DNA from: Longimicrobiales bacterium
GTDB taxonomy: Bacteria; Gemmatimonadota; Gemmatimonadetes; Longimicrobiales; Gaopeijiaceae
Reading direction: 5' to 3'
Length of the DNA stretch: 64,000 bases
Assembly: GCA_963422615.1 (NCBI GenBank)
Contig: OY730414.1
Coordinates: 496,001 to 560,000, forward strand
Part shown: positions 9,131 through 19,753 of the stretch, piece after piece
Layout: each line of letters begins with the position of its first letter
How positions within the stretch are numbered: position 1 is the stretch's first letter
Notes under the pieces: model-generated
What the model was told of the DNA's origin: nothing
The model's database searches: none
Seen by the model: the letters and a program-made list of their open reading frames with translations, nothing else
Program-made: the position numbers and the translations under genes

Positions 9131-10147
9131 CTACGGCTTCAGGACGATTTTGCCGAAGACCCGGCCCGCTTCCAGAAGCTCGTGGGCCCGCCGGGCTTGA
9201 GCGACGGGCAGGACCTCGTGAACCGGAGGCGTGGCCGCCCCCGTGAAAACTTGGTGCATGGCAGCCCGGAACTCCGCCGGCGTCCCCATGGTTGATCCGA
9301 GAATGGAGAGCTGGCGCCAGAAGAGAAGGCGAATGTCCACGCTTCCGGAGGCGCCGGTGGTAGCCCCGAAGGAAACCAGTCGGCCTCCTACGGCCAAGCT
9401 CCGTACGAGGTCGTCCCAGACCGCCTCCCCCACGGAGTCCAGGCACAGATCAACGCCTCGCTTGCCCGTTTTCTGGTAGAGCACCGGGCTCCAGGCACCC
9501 GTACGGTCGAAGGCATGGTCTGCGCCCAGTTCCAGAACCCGCTCCACGTATTCCGGAGAAGTCACGGCAAAGACTTCGGCCCCGGCGTTCTTGGCGAACT
9601 GGATCGCCATCGTTGATACGCCTCCGCTGGCTCCCGTGATCAGTACCCGCTCCCCTGCCCTCAGCCGTCCTCGGGACATGAGGCCACGCCACGCAGTCAC
9701 CCCTGCCAGGGCCGCCGCCGCGGCCGTCTCCGATTCGACGCCATCGGGTATTTCCAGCAAGTTTGCCGCCGGAACCACCGCGAAATCGGCGAACCCCCCC
9801 TGAGTGTGCTCCCCGATGAGGGTGAACGGTTCGGTAGCGGCCGGGGCCAATCTCCCCAGTTCGTACCATTGATAGGAAAGGGACGGGTCCACCACCACCC
9901 GTTTTCCCAACCACGATTGATCCGCCCCCGGCCCCGTTCGATCCACCGTCCCGGCAATGTCCGAACCGCCGATGTGAGGCATGGGAATCTCGAAGGGTAG
10001 GCCCCGCCGGACCCACAGGTCCAGGTGGTTCAGCGCCGATGCCTCAACCCGGATTCCAACCTCTCCGGGGCCTGGGAGGGGACTTGCCATCTTCTCAACC
10101 GAGATGACTTCGGGTCCGCCGTTTTCGTGGAAGACTGCGGCCTGCAC
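9131..10147 (-). CDS. MDR-family alcohol dehydrogenase / NADPH:quinone oxidoreductase
   Basis: ALNHLDLW, PHIGGSDIAG, VLITGASGGV, GSTMG, FGKIVL. Confidence 0.9.
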   Translation of the reverse strand: MQAAVFHENGGPEVISVEKMASPLPGPGEVGIRVEASALNHLDLWVRRGLPFEIPMPHIGGSDIAGTVDRTGPGADQSWLGKRVVVDPSLSYQWYELGRLAPAATEPFTLIGEHTQGGFADFAVVPAANLLEIPDGVESETAAAAALAGVTAWRGLMSRGRLRAGERVLITGASGGVSTMAIQFAKNAGAEVFAVTSPEYVERVLELGADHAFDRTGAWSPVLYQKTGKRGVDLCLDSVGEAVWDDLVRSLAVGGRLVSFGATTGASGSVDIRLLFWRQLSILGSTMGTPAEFRAAMHQVFTGAATPPVHEVLPVAQARRAHELLEAGRVFGKIVLKP

Positions 10148-10339
10148 CGGGTTGCACCTGCCTTTTGGCTCTCAAGGGGAGGTGGGAGGATGAATGTTTG
10201 AAGATAGGGCTAGCGTTTCATTTCTGCCCCTGGAATACCCGTTCGAGGTGGGCCCCAAGTCGGGGCCCCCGAACCCGACGGCCCAGGCAGCGACCGCTGT
10301 ACCATCTAGCTCCCCGAACCTTAGCTTGTCCTAGGGGAC

Positions 10340-10867
10340 GTGGCGAATTCCTTCCAAGATGAGGATGCGACGCTGGAACAGGCGAGCGGAACAGGTGGCG
10401 CAAATCCCGGAGGTGAGGCCGCCGGGGCGCGGGAACCGTCGGGACCTGGAAAGGGAGAGGATGACGGGACCCTGGGGGGCTACTTGACCGTGCATAGCCG
10501 TCCTCCGGCTTTTGAGGGGTGTGACGGCCAGCCCTACACCGTTTCGGCGGAAACCGAAGGATCGCCGAACCTGAAGTCCCCCGTGCGGGGTTACCTGGTG
10601 TTCCCCCGGTGGGCGGCGAACGGGCTGGGGATTGTGGGGCATCTGGAAAGCCCGCTGCTCTGGGAGGGACCGACCCGGGGCGCCGTCATGGAAAAGGCAG
10701 GGGCAATGAGCCTGCACGAGGTCCAGCGGCGGCTGAACGAGGCCATCGTCCGAAAGGCGGAGGTCGAAGATGGCAGCGAAGCGTCTGGAGGGCCTCCCGA
10801 GGAGTTTGCCGCCGGGACCCGGGGCGGCCTCCGAGAGTCGCGCAGCGGGTCGGAAGGCCTTCCGTGA
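10340..10867 (+). CDS. Hypothetical protein
   Basis: Ordered core TLGGYLTVHSRPPAFEGCDGQPYTVS...GYLVFPRW...GHLES between disordered ends. Stop overlaps the queE start (GTGA). Confidence 0.65.
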   Translation: MANSFQDEDATLEQASGTGGANPGGEAAGAREPSGPGKGEDDGTLGGYLTVHSRPPAFEGCDGQPYTVSAETEGSPNLKSPVRGYLVFPRWAANGLGIVGHLESPLLWEGPTRGAVMEKAGAMSLHEVQRRLNEAIVRKAEVEDGSEASGGPPEEFAAGTRGGLRESRSGSEGLP

Positions 10868-11544
10868 CGGACCGGAAGGGTGCGAACAGGGTTCGCGTCA
10901 CGGAGATCTTCCATTCGATCCAGGGGGAGTCCACGTGGGCCGGTCTTCCGTGCACCTTCGTCCGTCTGACCGGATGCCCCCTCCGTTGTGTATGGTGCGA
11001 TACTGCGTATGCCTTCCGCGGCGGTTCCGAGCTGGCGATAGACCACGTTCTCGAGGCCGTGGCGGCCAAGGGCTGCCGCCTTGTGGAGATTACCGGGGGC
11101 GAGCCCCTGGTGCAGCCTGGCGCCGCAACCCTGGCCGCCCGCCTTCTGGATGCGGGGTACACCGTGCTCGTGGAAACCTCCGGGGCCGCCGACGTGAGTG
11201 TTCTTGATTCCCGCGTTCATCGAGTCATGGATCTCAAATGCCCGGGGTCGGGAGAAGCTCACCGGAACCGGTGGTCGAACCTGGATCATCTCACCGCTCG
11301 GGACGAGATCAAGTTCGTGGTTGCCGGTCGGGTTGACTTCGAGTGGGCCGCCGACGTCATTCGGCGGCGGGGGCTGCACCACCGAGTGGAAGACGGATCG
11401 TTGGGAGCCCTGCTGATCTCCCCGGTTTGGGGGTCGGGTCCCCTGGAAGAGCTCGCCGGGCTGATACTGGAAAGCGGGTTGCCGGTGAGGTTCCAGACCC
11501 AGGTTCACAAGCACATCTGGGGACCGGACCGGGCCGGCGTCTAG
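10864..11544 (+). CDS. queE: 7-carboxy-7-deazaguanine synthase (radical SAM)
   Basis: EIFHSIQGE, FVRLTGCPLRCVWCDT (CX3CX2C), ITGGEP, ETSG, QVHKHIW. Start set at GTG 10864. Confidence 0.9.
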   Translation: MTDRKGANRVRVTEIFHSIQGESTWAGLPCTFVRLTGCPLRCVWCDTAYAFRGGSELAIDHVLEAVAAKGCRLVEITGGEPLVQPGAATLAARLLDAGYTVLVETSGAADVSVLDSRVHRVMDLKCPGSGEAHRNRWSNLDHLTARDEIKFVVAGRVDFEWAADVIRRRGLHHRVEDGSLGALLISPVWGSGPLEELAGLILESGLPVRFQTQVHKHIWGPDRAGV

Positions 11545-11575
11545 CCGGACTTGTCGACTGAGCGAGGTGCCAGGG

Positions 11576-12172
11576 ATGCGTTTTTCCCGCCTTCCCGAGG
11601 CTTTGGTTGGCCGATTCGGAGCGACAGCGTCTGCGGTTCCCGACCGGAGAGGGGCGAACGCTGCGGTTGCCCTCGTCCTGCGACCCCCGCCGGAACCCCC
11701 GGATCCCCTGGTTCGCGCCTCGGATGTGCTGGTGATCAGGCGGGCGGAGTCGGCGCGGGATCCGTGGTCCGGGCAGATGGCCCTCCCCGGAGGGCGTCTC
11801 GACCCTTCCGATCCCGATCTCGTGGCCGCCGCGGTTCGGGAAACCCGGGAAGAGACCGCCTTGGAGCTGGATCCAGGGGGCGTCACCGGGAGAATCCGGG
11901 AGATTCGGTCCCTGGGAGCCTCCCTTCCGGCCATTACGGTCTGGCCTTTCGTCTTTCGAGCCGGGGCCGGAGCGGGAGCGCGGGTGGCCAGCCCGGAAGT
12001 GGCTACGGTCCATTGGCTACCCGTAGAAGCCTTGGCCGCCCGAGAGAGTCAGGATGTTTTTCGCTACGAGGTCGACGGCAGCGTACGTAGGTTCCCGTGT
12101 ATCCGCGTAGAAGGCCAGGTCGTCTGGGGGCTGACGTACCGGATACTCAGGTGTTTCCTGGGGTCCCTTTGA
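11576..12172 (+). CDS. Nudix hydrolase, CoA pyrophosphatase-like
   Basis: AAVALVL...DPWSGQMALPGG...AAVRETREETAL (Nudix box), VWGLTYRIL. Confidence 0.88.
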   Translation: MRFSRLPEALVGRFGATASAVPDRRGANAAVALVLRPPPEPPDPLVRASDVLVIRRAESARDPWSGQMALPGGRLDPSDPDLVAAAVRETREETALELDPGGVTGRIREIRSLGASLPAITVWPFVFRAGAGAGARVASPEVATVHWLPVEALAARESQDVFRYEVDGSVRRFPCIRVEGQVVWGLTYRILRCFLGSL

Positions 12173-12207
12173 GAGGATAACTCCAATTTATCGGAAGACG
12201 GGGACCG

Positions 12208-13278
12208 TCATCGCGCCTTGAGCCACTCCACGAGAAACAGGTTCGTGTTCCCTTCGTGAGACTCGTTCCTGTTGGATCCGAACACCAAATGGGTTCCGTC
12301 GGGGTGAAAGACCGGGAAGCCGTCGAACGCTTCCGACCAAGTCACCCGTTCCAGCCCCGTGCCGTCAACGTTGATCAGGTATAGTTCGAAGTCCCTTCTC
12401 CGGGGGTCGTGCATGTTGGACGAGAAGATGATCTGCTCCCCGGAGGGGTGCCAGTACGGCGCGAAGTTGGCGGCGCCGTTGTCGGTGAGCTGGCGCGGGT
12501 TGGAACCGTCTGCGTCGGCGACGTAGATCTCCAGGGCGGAAGGGCGAATGAGGCCCCTCGCCAATAGGGAAAGGTAGTCTTCCCGCTCCTGGTCGGTTTC
12601 GGGGTAGTGGGCGCGCCAGACGATCCGGGTCCCGTCGGGGCTGTAGAACGCGCCTCCATCGTAGCCCAGGCGGTCCGTGAGCCGCGTCACATCGGAGCCG
12701 TCGGGGCGCATGGAATAGAGGTCGAGATCACCGTCTCGGGCAGACGTGAAAACGATTCGATGTCCGGTGGGAGAAAACGTGGCTTCGGCGTCGTATCCAA
12801 AAGAACGGGTGAGCTGGCGAAGGTTCGAGCCGTCGGTGTCAACGGCGAAGATGTCGAAGCTGGGATACACCGGCCATACATAACCCATGGAAAAGTCCGG
12901 AGGGACAGGACAAGCCCGGTCGTAATGGTGAGTGGAGGAATAGAGAATGCGTTCGCCATCGGGATAGAAGTAGGAGCACGTGGTGCGGCCGTCCCCGGTG
13001 CTGACCAACTTCGTTTCGCCGCTAGCCGGGTCCAGGGTGTAGATCCCGTCGCATCCCTCCCCGGGAACCGGCGTTGACTGGAAGACGAGTCGAGAACCGT
13101 CGAAGGCCCAATAGGCTTCGGCGTTTTCGCCCTGGAAAGTAAGTTGCTTGATCTCCCCGAAACGGGTTTCCCCGGGTCTCACCAGGTCCTGACCCGCCCC
13201 CGGGCCGGACCAACCGAGGAGGAGGGTGGCCAGGGCCAGCGCGAGGATGGTCGGTGTAGGTCTGGATCGTAGCTCCAT
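12208..13278 (-). CDS. Exported TolB-like / PD40 beta-propeller protein
   Basis: Signal peptide; repeated PD40 motifs (YDAEATFSPTG, YDGGAFYSPDG, NFAPYWHPSG, FDGFPVFHPDG). Confidence 0.88.
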   Translation of the reverse strand: MELRSRPTPTILALALATLLLGWSGPGAGQDLVRPGETRFGEIKQLTFQGENAEAYWAFDGSRLVFQSTPVPGEGCDGIYTLDPASGETKLVSTGDGRTTCSYFYPDGERILYSSTHHYDRACPVPPDFSMGYVWPVYPSFDIFAVDTDGSNLRQLTRSFGYDAEATFSPTGHRIVFTSARDGDLDLYSMRPDGSDVTRLTDRLGYDGGAFYSPDGTRIVWRAHYPETDQEREDYLSLLARGLIRPSALEIYVADADGSNPRQLTDNGAANFAPYWHPSGEQIIFSSNMHDPRRRDFELYLINVDGTGLERVTWSEAFDGFPVFHPDGTHLVFGSNRNESHEGNTNLFLVEWLKAR

Positions 13279-13357
13279 TGGCAAAACTCCTTATTGTTCC
13301 CACTTCTCCAGAAGATGTCCGGCGCCGGCATAAGCCGCCCGCGCCGGATGTATTCCG

Positions 13358-14524
13358 CTACTCGTCGCCCATCCCAGGCCTGTCATCGGTCCTCACCACC
13401 TGGATCCCCCGACGCATCAGCGCGTTGACGTATGGGGCAGCCGGGACCCCCTCGTCGGGTGTGCGGACTCCGGGCTGCAGCGCTCCCCGGACCTGCATGA
13501 GGGCGGTGATGGACAAGGAGAAGCCCGTGGTGCGGGCCATGGCGGTGAACCGGGTGACGGGGTCGTAGTAATCGGTTACCTCGTAACGGACTCGGGCCGA
13601 CCCGCCGTCCTTCCGACCGGTCACTTCCACCCGGGCGACGACGAGGTCGGTACCGGCTTCACGGGTCAGAAGGGGCGTGATCTGGCGGATGAAGAACTTC
13701 CGAGGATTCACCGGGATTCCGTCGTATTCGACCGCCTCGTCGCTCAACAGCCCCAGATCCCGAATGGCCCGCATGATCCGCGCGTGGCCCGGATAGCGCA
13801 GCGTCTTGTATTCCATCACTGCGATCCGGCCCTCGTACCGGTGCGGCAGCGTGGAGGCGCCCCCGCCCGTGTAAAATGCTTCGAGCTGACCCAGAGGCTG
13901 GGGGAAGTCCAGGAGCTCCAGGCCGGACAACGCTTCGACGGTCGTGCGCTTTCCGTTCATGAGGACGACTGCCGGGGTCACGTAGTAGTCCAGCACGCCT
14001 TCGAAGGAGTAGACGATCTGGTAGTTCAGCGGGGGTTTGGGGTACTGGGGCAAGCCCCCGACCCACATGCGGGCTGAATCCGCGGATTCCATTTCCTGGA
14101 TGCCGGCCTGGGCCAGGACATTGACCATTCCAGGGGCCAGGCCCGTGTCGGGGACGACGGAAACCCCGCGGGCTCGTGCGGGGCCATCTAGGCTCCGCTG
14201 CCGGGTCACGATTGCCGTGTTGCCCCCCAAGTCCGTGAAGTGAATGCCCGCTTCCACGGCCAGACGGGCCATGGGAAAGTTGTAGTAGTAGGGAAGCGCG
14301 CACAGTACGCCGTTCATCCCCTGCATTGCCTTCACAACCTCGCTTCTTGCCGAAGCGTCTACCCTTCGCACATCTAGCCTTCGGCCCAGATGTCGTTTCA
14401 GAGAGGGGTGAAGGGAGTCGGTTCGGAGGTCCGCGATCAACACCTTTTCCACGGCGGCTTGGCCGAGAAGGTCGAAGGCGGCAGCGGACCCCTGAGCCCC
14501 CCCGCCCAGAACAAGGAATCTCAT
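13358..14524 (-). CDS. Saccharopine dehydrogenase / lysine 6-dehydrogenase family oxidoreductase
   Basis: [45 protein letters not shown]. Confidence 0.9.
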   Translation of the reverse strand: MRFLVLGGGAQGSAAAFDLLGQAAVEKVLIADLRTDSLHPSLKRHLGRRLDVRRVDASARSEVVKAMQGMNGVLCALPYYYNFPMARLAVEAGIHFTDLGGNTAIVTRQRSLDGPARARGVSVVPDTGLAPGMVNVLAQAGIQEMESADSARMWVGGLPQYPKPPLNYQIVYSFEGVLDYYVTPAVVLMNGKRTTVEALSGLELLDFPQPLGQLEAFYTGGGASTLPHRYEGRIAVMEYKTLRYPGHARIMRAIRDLGLLSDEAVEYDGIPVNPRKFFIRQITPLLTREAGTDLVVARVEVTGRKDGGSARVRYEVTDYYDPVTRFTAMARTTGFSLSITALMQVRGALQPGVRTPDEGVPAAPYVNALMRRGIQVVRTDDRPGMGDE

Positions 14525-17016
14525 GAGCGCCGCCCCTTCGATTTCTCCGGAGCTCCCTGCTTCCTCCGTTTCTGCCCGCCCTCCCCGTATGCCAGAGTCA
14601 CCTCTGCGATCCGATCTCCCGACTTGGGAGAAACGAGAGGCTGCCCGGGGGCGCTACGACCCTCAAGGCCGATCTCCGTCGCCAAAAGGCGGGTCGATAG
14701 GCCCCCAGCCGAGGCCAGCATGACCTCATCGCCCTCCAAGACCTCCAGGGCCGACACCAAGTTCCCCGTCTCCTCGTTCACGACCATGGCCTGGGCGCCC
14801 AGCCCTCCCCTTCCTTGAAGGAGGAATTCGGAGACCGGCGACCGCTTTCCCACTCCCCGTTCCGTGACCATAAGGATGGTAGACTGCCTCATGACGACCA
14901 CCAGCCCCACCACTTCATCCCCGGGCTTGAGTCGGATCCCCTTCGCGCCCCGCGCGGTTCGGCTGACCACCGAGACCTGCGCTTCGGAGAAGCGGATCGC
15001 CCGACCCCTCCGGGTGAAAAGCATAAACTCCGCATCCCCGGTAGTCACGGCCACGTCGAGGATGGCGTCCCCCGGGCGAACCCCGGCGGCGATGAGGCTC
15101 CCGGTCTTGGGATGGGAAAAGGCCCCTAGCGAGGTCCGTTTTACCGATCCCATACGAGAGACGAGCGCCACGTACCGGTCTTCTTCCAAGTTGTCTACGG
15201 GCAGAATCGAGACGATGGGGTCCTGCCAGTCGATGTCCAGGAGCCTGTAGACCGACTTCCCGCGGGACATTCGGGAGCCTTCGGGAACATTCTCCATCCT
15301 GAGGAAGTGAACGCGTCCCTTTCTCGTGAAGGACAGGAGCCAGCTCCTTGTCCGGGCGACGACGATCTTTTCCAGGTAGTCGTCCTTGTACGGGTCCATC
15401 GCGGCCAATGCCAGCCCCGTGTCCCTGCGTCGACGGTACAGGTGCATGGGGATTCGCTTGACGTACCCCTGGCGCGAAATGGTCACCACTACGTCCTCTT
15501 CGGCTACCGCGGACTCCACGTAGGACAAGTCCGACTTGCTTCCTTCCAGGATCACCGTCCTTCTGGGGTCGGCGAAACGCTTCACGACGTCGTCCAGCTC
15601 TTCCAGCATCACCTGCAGCTGAAGTTCCTCGTCCCCCAGCAGGGCCCGAAGTCTTCCGATTGCGACCTCCAGGGACGCCTTCCTTTCCCGAAGCTGCTCC
15701 CCTTCCAGGGAAGTGAGCTTTGCCAAGCGCATATTCAGGATGGCGTCAGCCTGCATGTCGCTGAGACCGAAACGGTTCATGAGCCCCTCCGCCGCTTCGC
15801 CCCGGTTCGGGGATCTCCGGATCACGGCGATGACTTCGTTGATGTGGTCCAGCGCAACCAGGAGGCCCAAGATGAGGTGCAGGTCCGCCTCGGCCTTCTC
15901 CAGGTCGAAGCGAGAACGTCTGCGGATCACGTCTAGGCGGTGGTCCCGGTACCGTTCCAGCAAGTCCTTCAGGGTGAACTCACCGGGCTGGCTTCCACCG
16001 TCCAGCGCGAGAAGGATGGCTCCGAAGGTGGACTGGAGGGCCGTCTTCCGAAAGAGAACGCTCATGATCCGGGTGGCGTTGGACCCCCGCTTCAGCTCCA
16101 CGACCAAGCGAATCCCGTCCCGGTCCGATTCGTCTCGGAGGTCCGACACTTCGGGCACGCCGCCCTTTCGGGAAACGGCGGCGATTTGCTTGATGATTCT
16201 GGACTTGGAAACGGCGTACGGCAGCTCACTAACCACCAATTGCTCTCGCCCGCCCCGAACCGATTCGGTGGCGATGCGAGCCCGCATCACCATCTGGCCC
16301 CGGCCGGTTTCGTACATTCGACGGATGCCCTCCGTGCCGACGATGAAGCCCCCCGTGGGGAAGTCGGGCCCGGGGAGCTCCTCCATGAGCTCGCTTGGGG
16401 TGCATTCGGGGTTTGCCACCAGCGTACGCAAGGCGGCTGCCACTTCGGCCAAGTTGTGGGGCGGCACGTTCGTACTCATCCCCACGGCGATGCCCGCGCT
16501 GCCGTTGACCAGGAGGTTGGGGATTCGGGAGGGGAGCACGGTTGGCTCCCGGAGGCGGTCGTCGAAGTTGGTTTCCCAGCGAACCGTGTCCTTCTCGATC
16601 TCGTCGAGAATTTCCACCGCGGCCGCGGAAAGGCGGGCTTCCGTGTAGCGGTACGCGGCCGCGGGGTCCCCATCGATGGAACCGAAGTTCCCTTGGCCGT
16701 CGACCAGGGGGTATCGGAGAGAAAAATTCTGGACCATGCGGACCAGCGCGTTGTAGACCGCCGTGTCTCCGTGGGGGTGATACTTGCCCAGGACTTCCCC
16801 GACTACGGTGGCACTCTTCTGATGGGCGCTCTCGGGCCGAAGCCCCAAACCGTACATGGCGAAGAGAATCCGCCTGTGCACGGGCTTCAGACCGTCTCTC
16901 ACGTCGGGTAGGGCTCGCTGAACGATGACGCTCATCGAATAGTCGAGAAACGAATCGCGCATCTCCCGCTCGATGAGGCGAGGTAGGATGCGCTCGCGTT
17001 TTTGTGCTACGGACAT
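14521..17016 (-). CDS. Type IIA DNA topoisomerase subunit A (GyrA/ParC family; lacks a canonical GyrA-box)
   Basis: [38 protein letters not shown] (catalytic Tyr), GPDFPTGG, C-terminal beta-pinwheel repeats. Confidence 0.95.
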   Translation of the reverse strand: MSVAQKRERILPRLIEREMRDSFLDYSMSVIVQRALPDVRDGLKPVHRRILFAMYGLGLRPESAHQKSATVVGEVLGKYHPHGDTAVYNALVRMVQNFSLRYPLVDGQGNFGSIDGDPAAAYRYTEARLSAAAVEILDEIEKDTVRWETNFDDRLREPTVLPSRIPNLLVNGSAGIAVGMSTNVPPHNLAEVAAALRTLVANPECTPSELMEELPGPDFPTGGFIVGTEGIRRMYETGRGQMVMRARIATESVRGGREQLVVSELPYAVSKSRIIKQIAAVSRKGGVPEVSDLRDESDRDGIRLVVELKRGSNATRIMSVLFRKTALQSTFGAILLALDGGSQPGEFTLKDLLERYRDHRLDVIRRRSRFDLEKAEADLHLILGLLVALDHINEVIAVIRRSPNRGEAAEGLMNRFGLSDMQADAILNMRLAKLTSLEGEQLRERKASLEVAIGRLRALLGDEELQLQVMLEELDDVVKRFADPRRTVILEGSKSDLSYVESAVAEEDVVVTISRQGYVKRIPMHLYRRRRDTGLALAAMDPYKDDYLEKIVVARTRSWLLSFTRKGRVHFLRMENVPEGSRMSRGKSVYRLLDIDWQDPIVSILPVDNLEEDRYVALVSRMGSVKRTSLGAFSHPKTGSLIAAGVRPGDAILDVAVTTGDAEFMLFTRRGRAIRFSEAQVSVVSRTARGAKGIRLKPGDEVVGLVVVMRQSTILMVTERGVGKRSPVSEFLLQGRGGLGAQAMVVNEETGNLVSALEVLEGDEVMLASAGGLSTRLLATEIGLEGRSAPGQPLVSPKSGDRIAEVTLAYGEGGQKRRKQGAPEKSKGRRS

Positions 17017-17155
17017 TCATACTCCCTGGAGGCGGTCGGGAACCGGGCGATCGGACGCGCCCTCAATCGGACCCGAAGTCCTGCGGACCGTCGGACTACC
17101 CTGCGCAATATATCCTCAACCCTTCCGTGTCCGGGGTGGATGGCCCGAACCTTCG

Positions 17156-18091
17156 TCAGCGGAATGCCCCGGGCACGGTTCCCCGCTCCACGATTGTAAC
17201 GAGGTCTCCCACCCCGATCCGGCCGGTGCCTTGGTGGACCGCGTTGAGACCGAAGTATGTTCGGCCCTCGATGCGGCGGTACCGCGCCAGCGTCCGAAGC
17301 GGCTCCGAGTCGGGATCCGGAGTGCCTCGGTTCTGGTCGATCGTCGTGACCTTGCACCGGGCGCAGAGTTTTACGCCGTCGAAGGCCAGGTCGCCGATCG
17401 CGAGCCGCCGCCATCTGTCTTCGGCGTGGGGGCGGGCGCCCCCGACCACGATGTTTGCCCGGAAGCGCTCGATGGGAACCCGTCGCCCTGCCCGGCGGGC
17501 GAGCTCTTCCGCCGATCCCTCGGTAACAAAGAGAACCGGGTATCCGTCTGCGAATCCGACCCGGTGACCCTTGGCATAGGCCGGATCCGTCATCCGAGTC
17601 CCTTGTTCCCCGATGTAGACCAGCCGGTACTTGCCTCCCAGCGCCGCAGACAGCCAGGCATCTGTACGTGAGGCGACCACGGATGCGTTCAGCTCCGAAT
17701 CCCAGATCCGGACCCTCAACGTGGGTCCGCGGGTTTCCCTTGCAGGCTGAACGAGCGGTTCCATCCCCGGGATGTTCAGGACGAGCGAATCCCCTTGGAG
17801 CCTCGGCCGCAGGGTGGCGAGCCTGGGGACTTGCCGCTGGGTGACGAACCCGCCGTCTTCGCCTGTCACCATCCAGCGCCGGTCGAAACGGGGTCCCACC
17901 TCGTCGAATTCCATGACGGGGAGGTCGGTTCCGGCGCCCCCTTTTACGGGGTAGATGCGGAGCCGGGTGACCCGAAGCGCTTCGGCTGCGCCGCTGCCCT
18001 GCATGTGGGCCTCGCTAGCGGGTTGGCTAGGGAGCCGGGATGTCGCTCCGGGCCCGACGTCTACGTTCAAGTTGGCTTTGCTTTCCGACAC
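17156..18091 (-). CDS. MOSC domain-containing protein (YcbX/mARC-like)
   Basis: IYPVKG, DRRWMV, FADGYP, RFRANIVV, AEDRW, KLCARC, YFGLN. Start uncertain. Confidence 0.9.
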   Translation of the reverse strand: MSESKANLNVDVGPGATSRLPSQPASEAHMQGSGAAEALRVTRLRIYPVKGGAGTDLPVMEFDEVGPRFDRRWMVTGEDGGFVTQRQVPRLATLRPRLQGDSLVLNIPGMEPLVQPARETRGPTLRVRIWDSELNASVVASRTDAWLSAALGGKYRLVYIGEQGTRMTDPAYAKGHRVGFADGYPVLFVTEGSAEELARRAGRRVPIERFRANIVVGGARPHAEDRWRRLAIGDLAFDGVKLCARCKVTTIDQNRGTPDPDSEPLRTLARYRRIEGRTYFGLNAVHQGTGRIGVGDLVTIVERGTVPGAFR

Positions 18092-18106
18092 CGTTATGGC
18101 GGCGAG

Positions 18107-19573
18107 TCAAGGTCCGAGGATCTGGCCGAGCTCCAGTATGCGGTCCAGGGTCCGGTCCAGGTCCTCCTGGGTGGTTCGAATGTTCAGGATGCAGAAGCGC
18201 AGAGAGAACCGGCCCCGGAGGCGGGTGGAGGAGATCATGGCAAAGCCCGGCTCTACGACCGCCCTTTGAATCCGTTCGTTCAGCTCGTCCAGGCGGGCGT
18301 TGGAAAGGGATTCATCTCCCCGATAGCGGAAGCAAAGAATCCCCAGGCTCGGAGGCGCCAGCAGTTCCAGCGCTCGCTCCTCCCGGATCCGGGCTTCGGT
18401 CTGCCGGGCCAGAGCGATGGCCCTCGAGATCTCCTCCCGATGGGCCGCGAGGCCGTACCGGTGAATCGACAGCCACACTCGGAGAGCGCGAAAGATTCGG
18501 GTGAGCTGGATCCCCCGGTCACAGAAGTTGACGTTCTCCGGTCCCCAATCCGTGTCCTGCATGTACTCGGGCATGATTCGGAACGCCGATTCCAGCCGCG
18601 TCACGTCTCTAGCCAGAAGACAGCCGGTCTCGTACGGCTGGAAAAACCACTTGTGGGGGTCCAGGGTCAAGCTGTCGGACCGCTCCAGTCCCTTCAGGAG
18701 CGGCCGGGTTTCGGGGTCGAACACCGCGAAGCCACCGTACGCGCCGTCAATGTGGTACCAGAGCCCTTCGTCCCGGGCAACGTTGGCCATCTCGTCCAAG
18801 GGGTCGATGGCTCCCGTATTCGTGGCACCGGCGTTCCCGACCACGCAAAACGGGTTGAGGCCCCGCGCTCGGTCCTGCCGGATGGTCTCCCGAAGTCGCC
18901 CGGGATCGGTTCGAAACGCATCGTCGGCGGGCAGCGTCCGAATCAGCGCGGGAGGAATGCCGAGGGTTCTCGCCGCTCTTGTTACGGAACCGTGGGCCTG
19001 CTCCGACAAGTACAGGGTCCCCCGCTCCGGGTTGCCGGAGGCCTCCCGGGCGGCTGCGACGGCCACCAGGTTGGCCACCGATCCACCACTTGTGAACAGG
19101 CCCCCGGCGCCTTCCGGATAGCCCATCCACTCCCGGATCCAGTTCGTCACCGTGAGCTCGATCTGGGAAGGTCCGGAGGACGCGAGCCACGTACCCTGGA
19201 AGACGTTGTGCCCCGTTACCAGGAAGCTGGCGAGGACGGACGCCCATGTCGGGCTGGAGGGAATGAAGGCGAAGAAGCGCGGGTGGTCGATCCGGCTGGC
19301 AAGAGGCAGAATGTCCCGGAGGATCACCTCCAGGAGCTCCTCCAAGTCCCGGCCTTTCTCCGGCGGCGGCCCGTCAAGAAGTGCTTCGGTAGCCCGGCGG
19401 GTAGCGCTCTGCCACGCGGGCCCTTCTCCCAGTCTGGTCCATCGGTCCACAATGGCATCCACAACCAGGTAACCGGAGCGTCGCATCTCCTCCGGGTCTT
19501 CCAGGAAGGAGAGATCGGGGGCGGACTCCGGCTCTGCGCCGGGGTCTTCGGGCCTGTTCCGTCCGTCCTTCAT
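18107..19573 (-). CDS. Group II PLP-dependent decarboxylase (aromatic-L-amino-acid/glutamate decarboxylase family)
   Basis: HPRFFAFIP, FTSGGSVAN, GATNTGAIDPL, HIDGAYGG, DSLTLDPHKW (PLP Lys). Confidence 0.92.
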   Translation of the reverse strand: MKDGRNRPEDPGAEPESAPDLSFLEDPEEMRRSGYLVVDAIVDRWTRLGEGPAWQSATRRATEALLDGPPPEKGRDLEELLEVILRDILPLASRIDHPRFFAFIPSSPTWASVLASFLVTGHNVFQGTWLASSGPSQIELTVTNWIREWMGYPEGAGGLFTSGGSVANLVAVAAAREASGNPERGTLYLSEQAHGSVTRAARTLGIPPALIRTLPADDAFRTDPGRLRETIRQDRARGLNPFCVVGNAGATNTGAIDPLDEMANVARDEGLWYHIDGAYGGFAVFDPETRPLLKGLERSDSLTLDPHKWFFQPYETGCLLARDVTRLESAFRIMPEYMQDTDWGPENVNFCDRGIQLTRIFRALRVWLSIHRYGLAAHREEISRAIALARQTEARIREERALELLAPPSLGILCFRYRGDESLSNARLDELNERIQRAVVEPGFAMISSTRLRGRFSLRFCILNIRTTQEDLDRTLDRILELGQILGP

Positions 19574-19641
19574 CCGTTGACGCTTTGGCTACGGAAGTCC
19601 TAGTGTTGGATCTGGCGTATGGGCGCCCGGTTCCATACTAA

Positions 19642-19677
19642 CTTGTCCGGGAACAGAAGGCTTGTCCGGGAACAGAA
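19642..19677. repeat. Tandem 17-bp direct repeat CTTGTCCGGGAACAGAA x2 (19-bp period)
   Basis: Exact copies at 19642-19658 and 19661-19677 in a divergent intergenic region. Confidence 0.9.
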
Positions 19678-19753
19678 AGTATCCCGGCGCTCCTTATGCC
19701 CTGGTCTTGACCTCTTGGGCGCATGAAGAAGAACGGCAAATCAAACAGAGACA

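Noticed and set aside
10200..10335. GC-rich hairpins in the divergent intergenic region, with faint resemblance to 6S or another ncRNA
   Set aside because: No complete conserved structure or motif set identifiable by eye; short GC hairpins are expected by chance. Needs an Rfam scan.
17795..19603. Long antisense ORFs (e.g. 602 aa here, also 33285..35552, 49381..51000, 26163..27623)
   Set aside because: Shadow frames opposite well-supported genes; typical of high-GC codon bias, with no motifs.
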